64,000 nt of DNA from an uncultured delta proteobacterium. Its GTDB lineage: Bacteria; Myxococcota; Myxococcia; Myxococcales; Anaeromyxobacteraceae. This document shows, piece by piece, positions 44,600 to 58,083 of the stretch. Where the stretch lies: the NCBI GenBank assembly GCA_963828255.1, contig CAWHDZ010000030.1, positions 1-64,000 of the forward strand. The letters run 5' to 3'. Position 1 is the first letter of the stretch; each line of letters starts with the position of its first letter. A program made the position numbers and the translations under genes. Below the pieces are notes generated by a model. It had not been told where the DNA came from. It was given only the letters and a program-made list of their open reading frames with translations, and did not search any database.

Positions 44600-44660
44600 G
44601 GTCCGGTGGATCTACCGCGTTTGCGGCCGCGGCGCCTCCCCGATACCGTCCAATGCCCGG

Positions 44661-45263
44661 ATGGGAGCCCGACTGCCACGCGCCTTCTTCGACCGGGACA
44701 CCCGGGTGGTGGCCCGGGAACTCCTCGGAAAGGTGCTCGTGCACCAGGACGGCCGGACGCGGCGGGCCGCCCGGATCGTGGAGACGGAGGCCTACCACGG
44801 CCCCTCCGACCGGGCCTCCCACGCCCGCTTCGGGCCGACGCCCCGAACCGGTGTGATGTTCGGGCCTCCCGGCCACGCCTACGTCTACCGGGTCTACGGA
44901 CTGCATCACTGCATGAACGCCGTCACCGGGCCGGAGGGATTCCCCGCCGCGGTCCTGATCCGCGCCGGAGAGCCGGTCACGGGCTGCCTCCACGCCACCC
45001 GGGGACCGGGGAACCTCTGCCGGGCCCTGCGCATCGACGCCGGGCGCCACACCGGGCTCGACCTCCAGGGAGGGACGGTCTGGTTCGAGGAAGGGGACCG
45101 GGCTCCCGGCCGGGTGCTGCGCACGCCCCGGATCGGGGTGGGCTACGCCGGGTCCTGGGCGTTCCGCCCCTGGCGCTTCCTGCTGGCGGAGGGCCCGGTG
45201 AATCCGCCACGAAAAATTCGCTTGCACCAGGGGCGCGAACGGACCATTACATCTCGCGAATGA
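44661..45263 (+). CDS. mpg: DNA-3-methyladenine glycosylase (MPG/AAG family)
   Basis: [41 protein letters not shown]. Confidence 0.9.
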   Translation: MGARLPRAFFDRDTRVVARELLGKVLVHQDGRTRRAARIVETEAYHGPSDRASHARFGPTPRTGVMFGPPGHAYVYRVYGLHHCMNAVTGPEGFPAAVLIRAGEPVTGCLHATRGPGNLCRALRIDAGRHTGLDLQGGTVWFEEGDRAPGRVLRTPRIGVGYAGSWAFRPWRFLLAEGPVNPPRKIRLHQGRERTITSRE

Positions 45264-45271
45264 CCATTCGC
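45256..45271. promoter_or_regulatory. Palindrome, candidate TetR operator
   Basis: GCGAATG-AC-CATTCGC overlapping the TetR start codon. Confidence 0.55.
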
Positions 45272-45832
45272 ACGTCGACGGACCGGCGCGCGCGCACCCG
45301 CGCGCACGCCCGCCGGGACATCCTCGAGTCCGCCGCCCGGGTCTTCGCCCGGCGCGGCTACGCCGCCGCCACGCTTTCCGAGCTGGCCCAGGCCGCCGGC
45401 TACGCGGCCCCCTCGCTCTACCGGTACTTCGGGAGCAAGGAGGAGATCTTCCAGAGCCTGCTCGAGCTGGTCCTGGCCGAGGTCCAGGAGGCATTCGAGG
45501 CGCCGGTGGATCGAGGCCTCCCCCTCCGGGAACGCTTCTCCGCCCTCCTCGTCTCGCTTGGCCGGCTGGCCGAGCGGAGAGGCGAGACGCTCGACCTGCT
45601 GTCCGCCCACGGCGACCCCCACGAGAGACAGGCCCACCTCGAGAAGCTCATCGCAACCTGGCTCCGGAAGCACGTGGGACGCTCCGAGCTTCGCGTCTCC
45701 CCCGCCGTGGCCGCGCGCGTCGCCGCCGGGATCCTCATCGCCCTCCACCACGGCCAGGACAGGACCGGGTCCGCACCCGACCTGAGCGTCCAGGCCGCCG
45801 CCGACCTCGTCCTTCACGGAGTCTCCGCATGA
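45260..45832 (+). CDS. TetR/AcrR family regulator
   Basis: [36 protein letters not shown]. Confidence 0.9.
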   Translation: MTIRTSTDRRARTRAHARRDILESAARVFARRGYAAATLSELAQAAGYAAPSLYRYFGSKEEIFQSLLELVLAEVQEAFEAPVDRGLPLRERFSALLVSLGRLAERRGETLDLLSAHGDPHERQAHLEKLIATWLRKHVGRSELRVSPAVAARVAAGILIALHHGQDRTGSAPDLSVQAAADLVLHGVSA

Positions 45833-46928
45833 TCCACCGCACCGTCTCGAAGCTCCCCGCAACCCTCGCGGCCCTCCTGCTCTCCGCCTGCGGGCAGGGC
45901 GCCGGGAAGGCCAGCCTGCCCGCCGCCGGCCCGGAGGGGCGTGCCGTACGGGTGGCGAAGCCGGCCACGCGCATGGAGACCGGGCTGGCCCGGGCCACCG
46001 GCATGGTGCGCGCCAAGGAGGAGGCGGTCCTCTCCGCCCGGGCCAGCGGCCAGATCAAGCGGGTCCTGGTGGCGGTGGGCGACCGGGTACGCGCCGGCGC
46101 GCCGCTCGTGGAGATGGACCCGGTGAACGCCCGCATCGCGCTCGAGAACGCGATGGCCGCGGAGCGGCTGGCCGTCGCCAACCTGGGCGTGGCCGACCGC
46201 GAGGTGGCCCGCTCCAAGATGCTCTTCGAGGCGCAGAGCCTCCCCGAGGCCGGCTACGACCGGGTCAAGACCGGCCGGGACGTGGCCGCCGCCCAGCTCG
46301 ACCAGGCCCGCGCCGCGCTGGCCGGCGCGAAGCAGATGGTCGCCGACACCGTCATCGCGGCCCCATTCGACGGGGTGGTGACCGCCAAGTTCCACAACGC
46401 CGGCGACACCGTGACCCTCATGCCGGTCACCCCCATCGTCAGCGTCACCGACGTGGACCACCTCGAGGTCCGCCTGGCCGCCCCGGAGTCCATCGAGAGC
46501 TTCGTGCGCGCCGGGCAGGTCATCGAGGGCGTGCTGACCCCCTCCGGCCAGCGCTTCCAGGCCAAGGTCCGGATGAAGGGCGCGGTGGTCGATCCGCAGT
46601 CGCGCACCATCGAGGTGCTGGCCGACGTGCTGAAGGACAAGGGAGCGGTGATCCGCCCGGGAAGCCTGGCCAACGTGGACTTCGGCGGCTTCGGCGAGAA
46701 GGACGGGCTCTACCTGCCCGCGAGCGCCGTGCGCACCGATGCGAAGGGCGCGACCGTGCTCGTCGCCAGCGGTGGAAAGGCCGAGGAGAAGGCCGTGCAG
46801 GTGTCGCCGCTCAACCCCGGGACGGTGCTCGTCACCGGCGGTCTCACCCCCGACGCGGTGGTCATCCTCGATCCGGGCGCGCTGCGCCCCGGCGACGCGG
46901 TCGTGCCCATCGCCGCCGAGGGGGCCAA

Positions 46929-46932
<4 letters not shown>
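45829..46932 (+). CDS. RND efflux membrane fusion lipoprotein
   Basis: Lipobox LSAC, SGQIKRVLVAVGDRV, IAAPFDGVV. Confidence 0.9.
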
Positions 46933-50012
<3,080 letters not shown>

Positions 50013-50021
50013 ACACGGGAC

Positions 50022-51032
50022 GTGGAGCACGTCGCCAACCAGGATTCGCGCGGCCTCGCCCGGCTGCTCGGCGTCGAGCTCGCCGACGCACGCCGGCTGC
50101 TCGGCGCGGCGGTGGCCCGTGGCAAGACGCTGCGCGACGCCCGCAACGTCCGGCGCGAGATCCTCGACCGCGCCGCCGCCACCCTCTCCGAGGAGCGGCT
50201 GCGGGTCGCCCACCGCGAGGACGCAGCCGACGGCTTCCGGCGCTACCTCTTCGAGCTCAAGGACGGCGCGCGCGTCGAGTCGGTGCGCATCCCGCTCTTC
50301 GACACCCACCACACCCTCTGCCTGTCGTCCCAGGTGGGCTGCGCGCTCGCCTGCTCCTTCTGCGCCACCGGGCGGCTCGGGCTCACCCGCAACCTCGAGC
50401 CCTGGGAGATGGTCGGCCAGTGGATGGAGGTCCGCCGGGACAGCCAGCTCCCCATCACCGGCGCGGTCTTCATGGGGCAGGGGGAGCCCTTCCACAACTA
50501 CGAGGCGGTGATCGCCGCGGCCTACGTGCTCTGCGACCCGGCCGGCGGGCGCGTGGACGGGCAGCGCATCTCCATCTCCACCGCCGGAGTCGTTCCCATG
50601 ATCCGGCGCTACACCGCCGAGGGGCACAAGTTCCGGCTCTGCGTGTCGCTCAACTCGGCCATTCCGGAGAAGCGGGCGGCCCTGATGCCGGTGGAGCGGG
50701 GCCAGCCGCTCGACGAGCTCGTGGACGCGGTGCGGGAGCACGCGGCGGCTCGGGGGCGGGTCACGCTCGAGTACGTGATGATGGCCGGCGTGAACGTGGG
50801 GGAGGAGGACGCGCTGGCGCTGGGCAAGCTGCTCTCCGGGATCCCGGTGCGGCTCAACCCCATCGCGGTGAACGACGACTCCGGTCGCTACCGGCCTCCG
50901 ACGGAGGTGGAGTGGAACGCCTTCCGCGACGCGCTGGCGCGCCACCTGCCCGGGCAGCCGATCGTGAGGCGTTACTCGGGCGGGGGTGACCGGAACGCGG
51001 CCTGCGGGATGCTGGCGGGGACGGTGCGGTAG
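50022..51032 (+). CDS. RlmN/Cfr-family radical SAM RNA methyltransferase-like protein
   Basis: [38 protein letters not shown]. Confidence 0.85.
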   Translation: MEHVANQDSRGLARLLGVELADARRLLGAAVARGKTLRDARNVRREILDRAAATLSEERLRVAHREDAADGFRRYLFELKDGARVESVRIPLFDTHHTLCLSSQVGCALACSFCATGRLGLTRNLEPWEMVGQWMEVRRDSQLPITGAVFMGQGEPFHNYEAVIAAAYVLCDPAGGRVDGQRISISTAGVVPMIRRYTAEGHKFRLCVSLNSAIPEKRAALMPVERGQPLDELVDAVREHAAARGRVTLEYVMMAGVNVGEEDALALGKLLSGIPVRLNPIAVNDDSGRYRPPTEVEWNAFRDALARHLPGQPIVRRYSGGGDRNAACGMLAGTVR

Positions 51033-51270
51033 GGGGGGGTGGTGGTTCGGGAGGCGGTTCCCTGGGTGGCTCTTCCGGCGCCTTTTCAGGCGCCGGTGTA
51101 GAAAACACGTCCAGGTTCTGCAGGAGCTCGAGCCGCTCGAGGAGCTCCAGGTTCTCGATGAGCTCGGCGTCCGGATCGCGGGACGGCCCCTTCGCCCCCT
51201 TCTCGACCGCGGGCGCGGGAGGATCGGCGGCCAGGAGCGCCGCGGCGGCGATGGCGGCGAGCGCGATCAT
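50854..51270 (-). CDS. Small exported protein with acidic Leu-rich motif and Pro-rich tail
   Basis: Signal peptide [17 protein letters not shown] overlaps the upstream stop; 3' end uncertain because it overlaps the RlmN-like gene antisense. Confidence 0.55.
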   Translation of the reverse strand: MIALAAIAAAALLAADPPAPAVEKGAKGPSRDPDAELIENLELLERLELLQNLDVFSTPAPEKAPEEPPREPPPEPPPPPTAPSPPASRRPRSGHPRPSNASRSAARAGGAPARRGRRSTPPPSEAGSDRSRRSPRWG

Positions 51271-52883
51271 GGCGTGGAGACGTTGATCCCCAGGATGAAC
51301 TTGCGGGCCAGCCCCTGGTCGGGGAAGAAGTCGCCCATCGCGAGCAGGTCCGCCTCGGCCAGCACCGAGAGCCAGCGCCACGGCGACCAGGAGAGGTTCA
51401 GGTCCACCTCCGGACCGTACGACGACCCGCCGAACCCGCTCGGCTGATCGGCCCAGAGCCATGCCGCCTTGAGGGTGGCGTCGAACCCGTGCCCCGGCGT
51501 CCAGCCCACCTGCACCCCGGGGGCGATCACGCCGCGCGCGTTCACGCCCGAGCCGCTGGCGCGCCGGTCGGCGAAGGACTCGGCGATGCCGCCCTGGAAG
51601 AAGAGGTTGGTGGCGGTGATGTAGGGCGAGATGGCGAGGAACCCACCCCAGTCGCCCGCTCCGGAGGCGATCTGCTGGCTGGACGGGGGGGAGTCCCCGG
51701 TCAGCCAGATGAAGAACGGACTCACGGTGAACCCGGATCCCGGCTGTACGGTGAGGCGCGTCGTGAGGATCCAGCCGAGGGCCGGGACCTCCACCGCCGC
51801 GGCGGTTCCCCCGGACGCCGAGGTGGCGCCCACCGTGCCGAAGGCCGCACCCGCGGTGAAGCGCAACTCGATCCGGGAGGTGAGCTCGAGACGCCCGGAG
51901 ACGCCCGCCCAGCCCAGGCTGGTGGCGCCGCTCCCCGGGGTGTTGAGCAGGATCGCCAGGCGCCGCGAGGCCGCCCGGTACGCGACCGAGCCGGGGACGG
52001 TCGCCCCGAGCTCCACCACCTGCCCCTCCACCAGCCCCTGCTGGAGGACCGATGCCGCGTCGCCGCTCTGGTCGCTGGACCAGGCGCCCCAGACCCCGAT
52101 CCACTCGCCGAGCGAAGGGGTCCACTCCGCGGTCATCGCCACCGCCGGGTACTTCCACTCCGAGCCGGTGGGCCAGGAGCGGGACGGGTAGAAGACCGAC
52201 GCCGAGAAGGCGAGCGGCGGCCCGAAGGCCCCCACGTCCAGGTCGAGATCGAGCCCCAGCCCCCAGTCGTCGTAGACGAAGCCGTCGCCGATGCGCAGCC
52301 GCTGCCGCCCCAGCCTCGCGTGGAAGGCCCCGGCCGGCCCGGCGTCCACCTCGGCGTAGATCTGGCGGATGAAGGCCGTCTGGCTGGCCTCCTCCTGGAA
52401 GGTGGTGCCGTTCGAGGTGATCTCGCTCGGCCCGCTCGTGGTGGTGGCGAGCAGGTACCGGCCCGAACCGCTGCAGGCGCCGCCGCTCACCGGCGCGAGC
52501 CCGGAGGGGGAGGTGAGCGAGGCGCAGGTCTCGACCGCGTCCGGGAAGCTCTGCGACCGCAAGAGCCCCGAGTCCACGTCGAGACGGAAGCCGAGCCAGG
52601 AGGTCGCCTCCCAGCCCGCCGAGACGAAGACCAGCGCCGAGGCGTAGCCCTGCGACGGCCCGGGGGTGAGGTAGAGCTCCGACGCGAAGACCTGGCCGGC
52701 CTGGTCGAAGAGGAGCTGCGTCGAGGGGAGTGCGCCCTGGCCGGTGTAGCGAGCGGCCAGCCCGGCCCGCGCCCAGAGCGGCGCGTCGTCCGCCAAGAGC
52801 TCGAGCGCGAGGACGTCGGCCGAGGTTGACCCGTCCCCGGCCGATGCGAGGAGGACGGCCAGGATGGCGGTGAGGGGCGACAC
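51267..52883 (-). CDS. Putative outer-membrane beta-barrel protein
   Basis: Signal peptide, alternating aromatic/hydrophobic strands, RLGRQRL..GDGFVYDD, YGPEVDLNLSW. Confidence 0.7.
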   Translation of the reverse strand: MSPLTAILAVLLASAGDGSTSADVLALELLADDAPLWARAGLAARYTGQGALPSTQLLFDQAGQVFASELYLTPGPSQGYASALVFVSAGWEATSWLGFRLDVDSGLLRSQSFPDAVETCASLTSPSGLAPVSGGACSGSGRYLLATTTSGPSEITSNGTTFQEEASQTAFIRQIYAEVDAGPAGAFHARLGRQRLRIGDGFVYDDWGLGLDLDLDVGAFGPPLAFSASVFYPSRSWPTGSEWKYPAVAMTAEWTPSLGEWIGVWGAWSSDQSGDAASVLQQGLVEGQVVELGATVPGSVAYRAASRRLAILLNTPGSGATSLGWAGVSGRLELTSRIELRFTAGAAFGTVGATSASGGTAAAVEVPALGWILTTRLTVQPGSGFTVSPFFIWLTGDSPPSSQQIASGAGDWGGFLAISPYITATNLFFQGGIAESFADRRASGSGVNARGVIAPGVQVGWTPGHGFDATLKAAWLWADQPSGFGGSSYGPEVDLNLSWSPWRWLSVLAEADLLAMGDFFPDQGLARKFILGINVSTP

Positions 52884-52892
52884 CTGCGGATG

Positions 52893-53423
52893 CTACGGCT
52901 TCTTCCCCTTCTGCCGCCACATGTCCCGCGCCTGGTCCCGCTGGCCCGGCGTCATCTGGCGCCAGCGCTGCAGATTGTCGAGGTAGCGCTGCCGGACCTC
53001 CGGAGGCGCGTCCACCATCTTCCGGAAGAGCTGGCGGACCTGCCCCTGCCGCTCCGGGGTCATCTCGCGGTACCGGCCGAGGAGATGCAGCATCTCCCGC
53101 CGCTCGTCGGGCGCGAGCTGGCGGAAGCGGTTCCAGGTCTGGGCGATCTCGGCCCGCTGGTCGGGAGGGAGGGAGCGCCAGCGGTCGAGGCGGGACTTCA
53201 GCTCGGCCTGCCGCTCGGGCGTCATCTCCTGGAAGGTCTGCCAGCGCTTGCGGAGCACGTCCTTCTCGGACGGGGAGAGCTTCTCCCAGCGCTCGCGGGC
53301 CGCCGGGGAGGGCGCACCGGCGACGGCCGGAGCTGCGCCCGGCGCGGCGCGAGGGGTCTCCTGCGCGGGTGCTGCGCCGGCAGCGAAGACCAGGACCAGG
53401 GCGAGGACGGTGCGGGCGATCAC
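52893..53423 (-). CDS. DUF3106-like exported helical repeat protein
   Basis: Signal peptide; ~18-aa repeats RWEKLSPSEK, FQEMTPERQ, RWRSLPPDQR, RFRQLAPDER, RWRQMTPGQR. Confidence 0.8.
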   Translation of the reverse strand: MIARTVLALVLVFAAGAAPAQETPRAAPGAAPAVAGAPSPAARERWEKLSPSEKDVLRKRWQTFQEMTPERQAELKSRLDRWRSLPPDQRAEIAQTWNRFRQLAPDERREMLHLLGRYREMTPERQGQVRQLFRKMVDAPPEVRQRYLDNLQRWRQMTPGQRDQARDMWRQKGKKP

Positions 53424-53905
53424 GGGCGGCCCTCCCGGATCTCGTCGAGGTGGATGACGACGTCGAGGTCCTCGGGCGTCTCGACCAGGTCGAGGCTCGC
53501 AACCTCCACGTAGTTCTCCAGCAGGTCGAGGTGGCGCGCCATCTCGAGCTCGGTTTGCTGCCGGTCCTGCCGCACCCAGATTCCCACGGTCAGCGCGGCG
53601 GCCAGGCCCGTGGCCGGGACGAGCCAGCGCAGTGGACGGGCCCCGAGCCGCTCGAGGAGGGAGCGGCGGCGCGGCGTCTCGCGGGCCAGCCGGGCGTAGA
53701 AGCGCTGCTCGAACCCGGGGAGCGGCGGGGCCGGCGGCGGAAGGGCGCCGATCGTCGCGAGCGCGGCGGCGAGGGTATCCCGGCCGGCGCGGCACCCCGC
53801 GCATCCGGCCAGATGGGCCTCCACCTCGGCGCGGCGGGCCGGTTCGAGGGCGCCGTCGAGGAGCGCGGTCAGGTCCTCCTCGACGTGGATCACGCGGCGG
53901 TTCAC
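53420..53905 (-). CDS. zf-HC2 transmembrane anti-sigma factor
   Basis: LTALLDGAL..HLAGCAGC, one TM segment, acidic C-terminal tail. Confidence 0.85.
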   Translation of the reverse strand: MNRRVIHVEEDLTALLDGALEPARRAEVEAHLAGCAGCRAGRDTLAAALATIGALPPPAPPLPGFEQRFYARLARETPRRRSLLERLGARPLRWLVPATGLAAALTVGIWVRQDRQQTELEMARHLDLLENYVEVASLDLVETPEDLDVVIHLDEIREGRP

Positions 53906-54492
53906 GCCTCGGCTCCTTCCCCGGCCCAGGACTCGAGCGCCCGCGCCGCCGAGACGGTGGCCCGGTGCACGAGCGACTTCACCGATGGTACCGTGGTTCC
54001 CAGCACGAGCGCGATCTCCTCGTAGGGGAGGCCCTCGAACCGGGCCAGCACGAATGCGGCCCGCTGGCTCTCCGGCAGGCGGGCCAGCATGGCCTCCACG
54101 TCGCGGGAGAGGGCGTTGCCGCGGGCCTCCTCCTCGGGCGTGGCCGACGGTCCGGCGAGCGCGTCCGGGTCGAGCGGGGAGCCGTCCTCGCTGTCCGGGT
54201 CGATCTCCGGGCGAGCCCGGTACTCGCCGCGGCGCACCTCGTTCAGGCAGTGGTTCGTGGCGATCCGGTAGAGGAAGGTGGTGAAGCGGGCGCTGGGCTG
54301 GTAGCGGTCGGCCCCGGTGTGGAGCTTCAGGAACACGTCCTGGGCGAGCTCCTCGGCCCTGGCGTGGTCCTTCACGAATCTCTGGCAGAAGGCCATGGTC
54401 GCGCGTCCGTGCTTCTCGAAGAGTGTCCGGAACGCCGCCTCGTCACCACCCTGGAACGCGACCATCAACGCCGCGTCGGGATCCGGAGCCAT
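53902..54492 (-). CDS. ECF RNA polymerase sigma factor
   Basis: DAALM..GDEAAF, AEELAQDVF, FTTFLYRIATNHCLN, LPYEEIA..VKSLVHRA. Confidence 0.92.
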   Translation of the reverse strand: MAPDPDAALMVAFQGGDEAAFRTLFEKHGRATMAFCQRFVKDHARAEELAQDVFLKLHTGADRYQPSARFTTFLYRIATNHCLNEVRRGEYRARPEIDPDSEDGSPLDPDALAGPSATPEEEARGNALSRDVEAMLARLPESQRAAFVLARFEGLPYEEIALVLGTTVPSVKSLVHRATVSAARALESWAGEGAEA

Positions 54493-54503
54493 CCCTACCC
54501 TCC

Positions 54504-54528
54504 AACACGGGAAGAAGCGTTCGGTTGC
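54504..54528 (-). promoter_or_regulatory. Candidate ECF-type autoregulatory promoter
   Basis: Minus strand GCAAC-N17-GTT (within CGTGTT) just upstream of the sigma RBS. Confidence 0.4.
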
Positions 54529-54535
54529 GATCCGG

Positions 54536-55573
54536 TCACGAACCCAGGTGGAGGACGCCCCGGACGAGGCCGTAGATGAGGGCCGCAGCCAGCGCCGAGG
54601 CCGGAATCGTGAAGATCCACGCCCAGATGATGCGTCCGGCCAGGCCCCAGCGCACGGCCCGATAGCCCTTGGTGGCCCCCACCCCGACGATGGCGCCGGT
54701 GATGGTGTGGGTGGTCGACACGGGGATACCGAGGTGGGAGAGGAAGAGGATGGTGACCCCGCCGCCCGTCTCGGCGGCGAACCCCCCGATGGGCTGCAGC
54801 TTGGTCAGCCCGTAGCCCATGGTCTTCACGATCCGCCACCCTCCGAAGAAGGTCCCGAGCGCGATGGCCGAGTGGGTGAGGAGCACGATCCACCAGGTCA
54901 CGTGGAAGGGGCGGTCGGTCCAGATGGTCCCGTAGAGGATCACGCCGATGATGCCCATCACCTTCTGCGCGTCGTTCGAGCCGTGGCTGTAGCTGAAGAT
55001 GGCCGAGGAGACGAGCTGCAGCTTCCGGAACCAGCCGTCGACGCGTCCGGGGCGGTAGGTCCGCACGATCCAGGCCGTCACGATCATGAGGCTCGAGCCG
55101 AGCGCCATGCCGATGAGCGGCGAGAGGACGATGAAGGCGGAGATCTTGAGGATCCCCGAGACCACCAGCCCCTTCACCCCGAGTGCGGGAATGGTCGCGC
55201 CCACCATTCCGCCGGCCAGCGCGTGGGACGACGAGGAGGGAAGCCCCCACCACCAGGTGAGCAGGTTCCAGACGATGGCGCCCATGAGCGCGGCGAAGAT
55301 CACCGCGAGCACGGTCTCCACGCCCTGCGCCTTCAGCAGGTCGAACTGGATGATGCCCTTGCCCACCGTCTGGGCCACGCGCAGCTCCCCGCCGAAGAAG
55401 ACCGGGGCGGCGGCCACGAAGTTGAAGAAGGCGGCCCAGGCCACCGCCGTCACCGGCGAGAGCACCCGGGTCGAGACGATGGTGGCGATCGAGTTGGCCG
55501 CGTCGTGGAAGCCGTTGATGAAATCGAAGGCCAGCGCGACGAAGATGAGGCCGATGACGACGGCGAGGAGCAT
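54536..55573 (-). CDS. pit: Inorganic phosphate transporter (PiT family)
   Basis: NGFHDAANSIAT, GLPSSSSHAL, HGSNDAQK, GIPVSTTH. Confidence 0.93.
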   Translation of the reverse strand: MLLAVVIGLIFVALAFDFINGFHDAANSIATIVSTRVLSPVTAVAWAAFFNFVAAAPVFFGGELRVAQTVGKGIIQFDLLKAQGVETVLAVIFAALMGAIVWNLLTWWWGLPSSSSHALAGGMVGATIPALGVKGLVVSGILKISAFIVLSPLIGMALGSSLMIVTAWIVRTYRPGRVDGWFRKLQLVSSAIFSYSHGSNDAQKVMGIIGVILYGTIWTDRPFHVTWWIVLLTHSAIALGTFFGGWRIVKTMGYGLTKLQPIGGFAAETGGGVTILFLSHLGIPVSTTHTITGAIVGVGATKGYRAVRWGLAGRIIWAWIFTIPASALAAALIYGLVRGVLHLGS

Positions 55574-55597
55574 GGGCGGATCGCGGGACGGGCCGCG

Positions 55598-56230
55598 TCA
55601 GGTGTTCTCGAGGACGACGTTCTCGATCACGTTGGCGACGTCCTCGGCCCGGTCGGTGGCGGTCTCGATCAGGTCGAGGATCTCCTTCCACTTGATGATG
55701 GTGAGCGCGTCGGCCCCGCTGCGGAAGAGATCGGCGAGGGCGCGGCGGAGGAGCGAGTCGGCCTGGTTCTCGAGCGAGTTGATCTCCAGGCAGGCGTCGA
55801 GGATCCGCTGCGCGTCCTTGATGTTCCGGAGTCCGTGCACCGCTTCCTGCATCTTCCGGGTCTGGGCGAGGAGCACGGTCGCGAGCTCGCGGGCCTCCGG
55901 GAGGAGGGTCTGGATGTCGTAGAGCCCCACCCGCTCGGAGGCCGCGTCGGTGAGGTCGAGGACGTCGTCGATGGCGGAGAGGAGTCGGTGGATCACCGCC
56001 CGATCGAAGGGGGTGATGAACTGTGTGTAGAGGAGCGCGAAGGCGGCGTGGGTCACGTCGTCGGCCTTGTGCTCGACGTCCTTGATCCCCTTCACCTTTC
56101 GCGGGACGTCCGTGAAGTCCTCGAACAGTTCCTTCAGGAGGCGCGCTCCCTCGACGGTGAGCGCGGCCTGCTTCTCGAAGGCGTCGAAGAAGGCGTCGGT
56201 CTTCGGCATCAGCTTCGTGAGGATCGACAC
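55598..56230 (-). CDS. DUF47 / PhoU-like Pit accessory protein
   Basis: EHKADD, FITPFDR, ENQAD, LIETATDRAEDVAN; GGAG RBS. Confidence 0.9.
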   Translation of the reverse strand: MSILTKLMPKTDAFFDAFEKQAALTVEGARLLKELFEDFTDVPRKVKGIKDVEHKADDVTHAAFALLYTQFITPFDRAVIHRLLSAIDDVLDLTDAASERVGLYDIQTLLPEARELATVLLAQTRKMQEAVHGLRNIKDAQRILDACLEINSLENQADSLLRRALADLFRSGADALTIIKWKEILDLIETATDRAEDVANVIENVVLENT

Positions 56231-56353
56231 GCGCGTCTCCCGGTGGGGTGAAAGCGCGCGGACAATACCTTCGAACGTGGGAGGTTCCAACGACTCCGGC
56301 GGCCGAGCGAAAAAGACGAGACATGACGGGGGGTTCCAGCTAAGGGTGCTTTC

Positions 56354-57562
56354 GTGACCCAGAAACTCCACCTCTCCGACACATATTTGACCGATTTCGA
56401 GGCCACGATCACCGCCACGCGTGTGCGCGACGGCCGGGCCGCGGTCGTCCTCGACCGCACCGCCTTCCATCCCGAGGGCGGGGGACAGCCGGCCGATCAC
56501 GGTGCCGTCGGCGGCGCCCCCGTCGTCGACGTGGTCGAGGTCGACGGGGAGATCCTCCACGTCCTCGGGTCCGGCGACGGGCCTTCGGCTGGCTCCCGGG
56601 TTGCCTGCACGGTGGACTGGGCGCGACGCTTCGACCACATGCAGCAGCACCACGGCCAGCACCTGCTCTCGGCGGCGTTCCAGCGGCTGCGCGGGGCGGC
56701 CACGACCTCCTTCCACCTCGGGGTGGAGACCTGCACCATCGACCTCGACCAGCCGCCGGCCCGGCTCCCGCAGGAGGCGCTCTCCGCGGCGGAGGCCGAG
56801 GCAAACCGGCTCGTGTGGGCCGACCTACCGGTCGACGCGCGGGAGCGCACGCCGGAGGAGCTGACCGCGCTGCCGCTCCGGAAGGACGCGACCAAGGGGG
56901 CGCGCGTGGTGGTGGTCGGCAGCGCCGGCGACCTGGTGGACGCATCGCCCTGCGGAGGGACCCACCCGCGAAGGACCGGGGAGGTGGGCGCCGTCGCCGT
57001 GCTCCGGGCCCAGAAGTGGGGTGCGGGCACGCGGGTCGAGTTCGCATGCGGCGGCAGGGTGCTCGCACTCCTGCACCAGGCCGAGGAGCGGCTCTCCCAG
57101 GCCAGCGCGGTGCTGCGCTGCGCTCCTCCGGAACTGGCCGTCGCGGTCGGGAAGCTCTCCGAGGAGGGGCAGGCGCGGCGCAAGGAGCTCGGGGTGCTGC
57201 TCGAGACGCTCGCCGGGGTGGAGGCGGAGCGGCTCGCGGGGATCCACCCGGCCGGCGTGCCGGTGTCGGCCAGGCTTTCCGGTCCGATGGGGTCGCCGGC
57301 GGGGCTAAAGGCGGTCGCCCAGGCCCTCGCCGCGCGCGGCCGAATCGCGCTCGTCGGCGCCGTCGACGGGGAGCGGGCCCACCTGTGCTTCGCCCGGGCG
57401 CGCGGTCCGGGAGTGAACCTCGGAGAGCTCCTCCGGCAGTCGGTGGCGCTGCTCGGCGGCAAGGGGGGCGGCGCGCCCGAGCTCGCCCAGGGCAGCGGGC
57501 CGGACCCGGTCCGTCTCGACGAGGCGCTCGCCGTGGCCGCGTCGCGCGCCGGGGTAGAGTAG
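56354..57562 (+). CDS. AlaX-like tRNA editing protein with C-terminal DHHA1 domain
   Basis: FHPEGGGQPAD, HMQQHHGQH, CGGTH, GGKGGG..AQG. Confidence 0.88.
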   Translation: MTQKLHLSDTYLTDFEATITATRVRDGRAAVVLDRTAFHPEGGGQPADHGAVGGAPVVDVVEVDGEILHVLGSGDGPSAGSRVACTVDWARRFDHMQQHHGQHLLSAAFQRLRGAATTSFHLGVETCTIDLDQPPARLPQEALSAAEAEANRLVWADLPVDARERTPEELTALPLRKDATKGARVVVVGSAGDLVDASPCGGTHPRRTGEVGAVAVLRAQKWGAGTRVEFACGGRVLALLHQAEERLSQASAVLRCAPPELAVAVGKLSEEGQARRKELGVLLETLAGVEAERLAGIHPAGVPVSARLSGPMGSPAGLKAVAQALAARGRIALVGAVDGERAHLCFARARGPGVNLGELLRQSVALLGGKGGGAPELAQGSGPDPVRLDEALAVAASRAGVE

Positions 57563-57567
57563 CGGCG

Positions 57568-58083
57568 ATGGCCATCGACCTCGGCGATCCCCTCCGCTGG
57601 CGCGAATCGCTCCCGGCCCGCCAGCCGGTCTCGAGCGAGGTCGCGGCCGGAGCCGTGGCCGGCGTCGTCGGCGGACTGGTGGCCTGGGGCGTCGCCATGA
57701 TGCTCCTGCCGGAGGGCGAGGGGGGGCTCCTCCCGCTCCGGCTCGTCGCCGCGACCCTCTTCGGCCCATTCGCGGTCGCGCCGGAGAACGTCGGGCTGCC
57801 GGCCTTCGTGGGCGCGCTCCTGGTCGGGTTCGCTGCCATCGCCTACGGGCTGATCTTCGTCTCCATCCTGCGGCCGGCCGCCACGCTGCGCCGTTCCATC
57901 GGCGTCGGCGCGGTTTACGGATTCGTCCTCTACGCCCCGGCCTGGCTGGGGATCGTGCACGTCTTCGACCCGCTCCTCTACCAGGCGGGCCAGGGGCGTG
58001 GGGTGGTGATCCTGGCCCTCCACGGCCTCTACGGCGCGACCATGGGATTCCTCGTCCCCTTCCTCCGCAAGGTCCTGCCCTAG
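57568..58083 (+). CDS. Hypothetical 4-TM membrane protein
   Basis: Four hydrophobic segments, LHGLYGATMG. Confidence 0.75.
   Translation: MAIDLGDPLRWRESLPARQPVSSEVAAGAVAGVVGGLVAWGVAMMLLPEGEGGLLPLRLVAATLFGPFAVAPENVGLPAFVGALLVGFAAIAYGLIFVSILRPAATLRRSIGVGAVYGFVLYAPAWLGIVHVFDPLLYQAGQGRGVVILALHGLYGATMGFLVPFLRKVLP

Noticed and set aside
50022..51032. Calling the gene cfr or rlmN outright
   Set aside because: Motif variants and context do not allow assignment without a phylogeny
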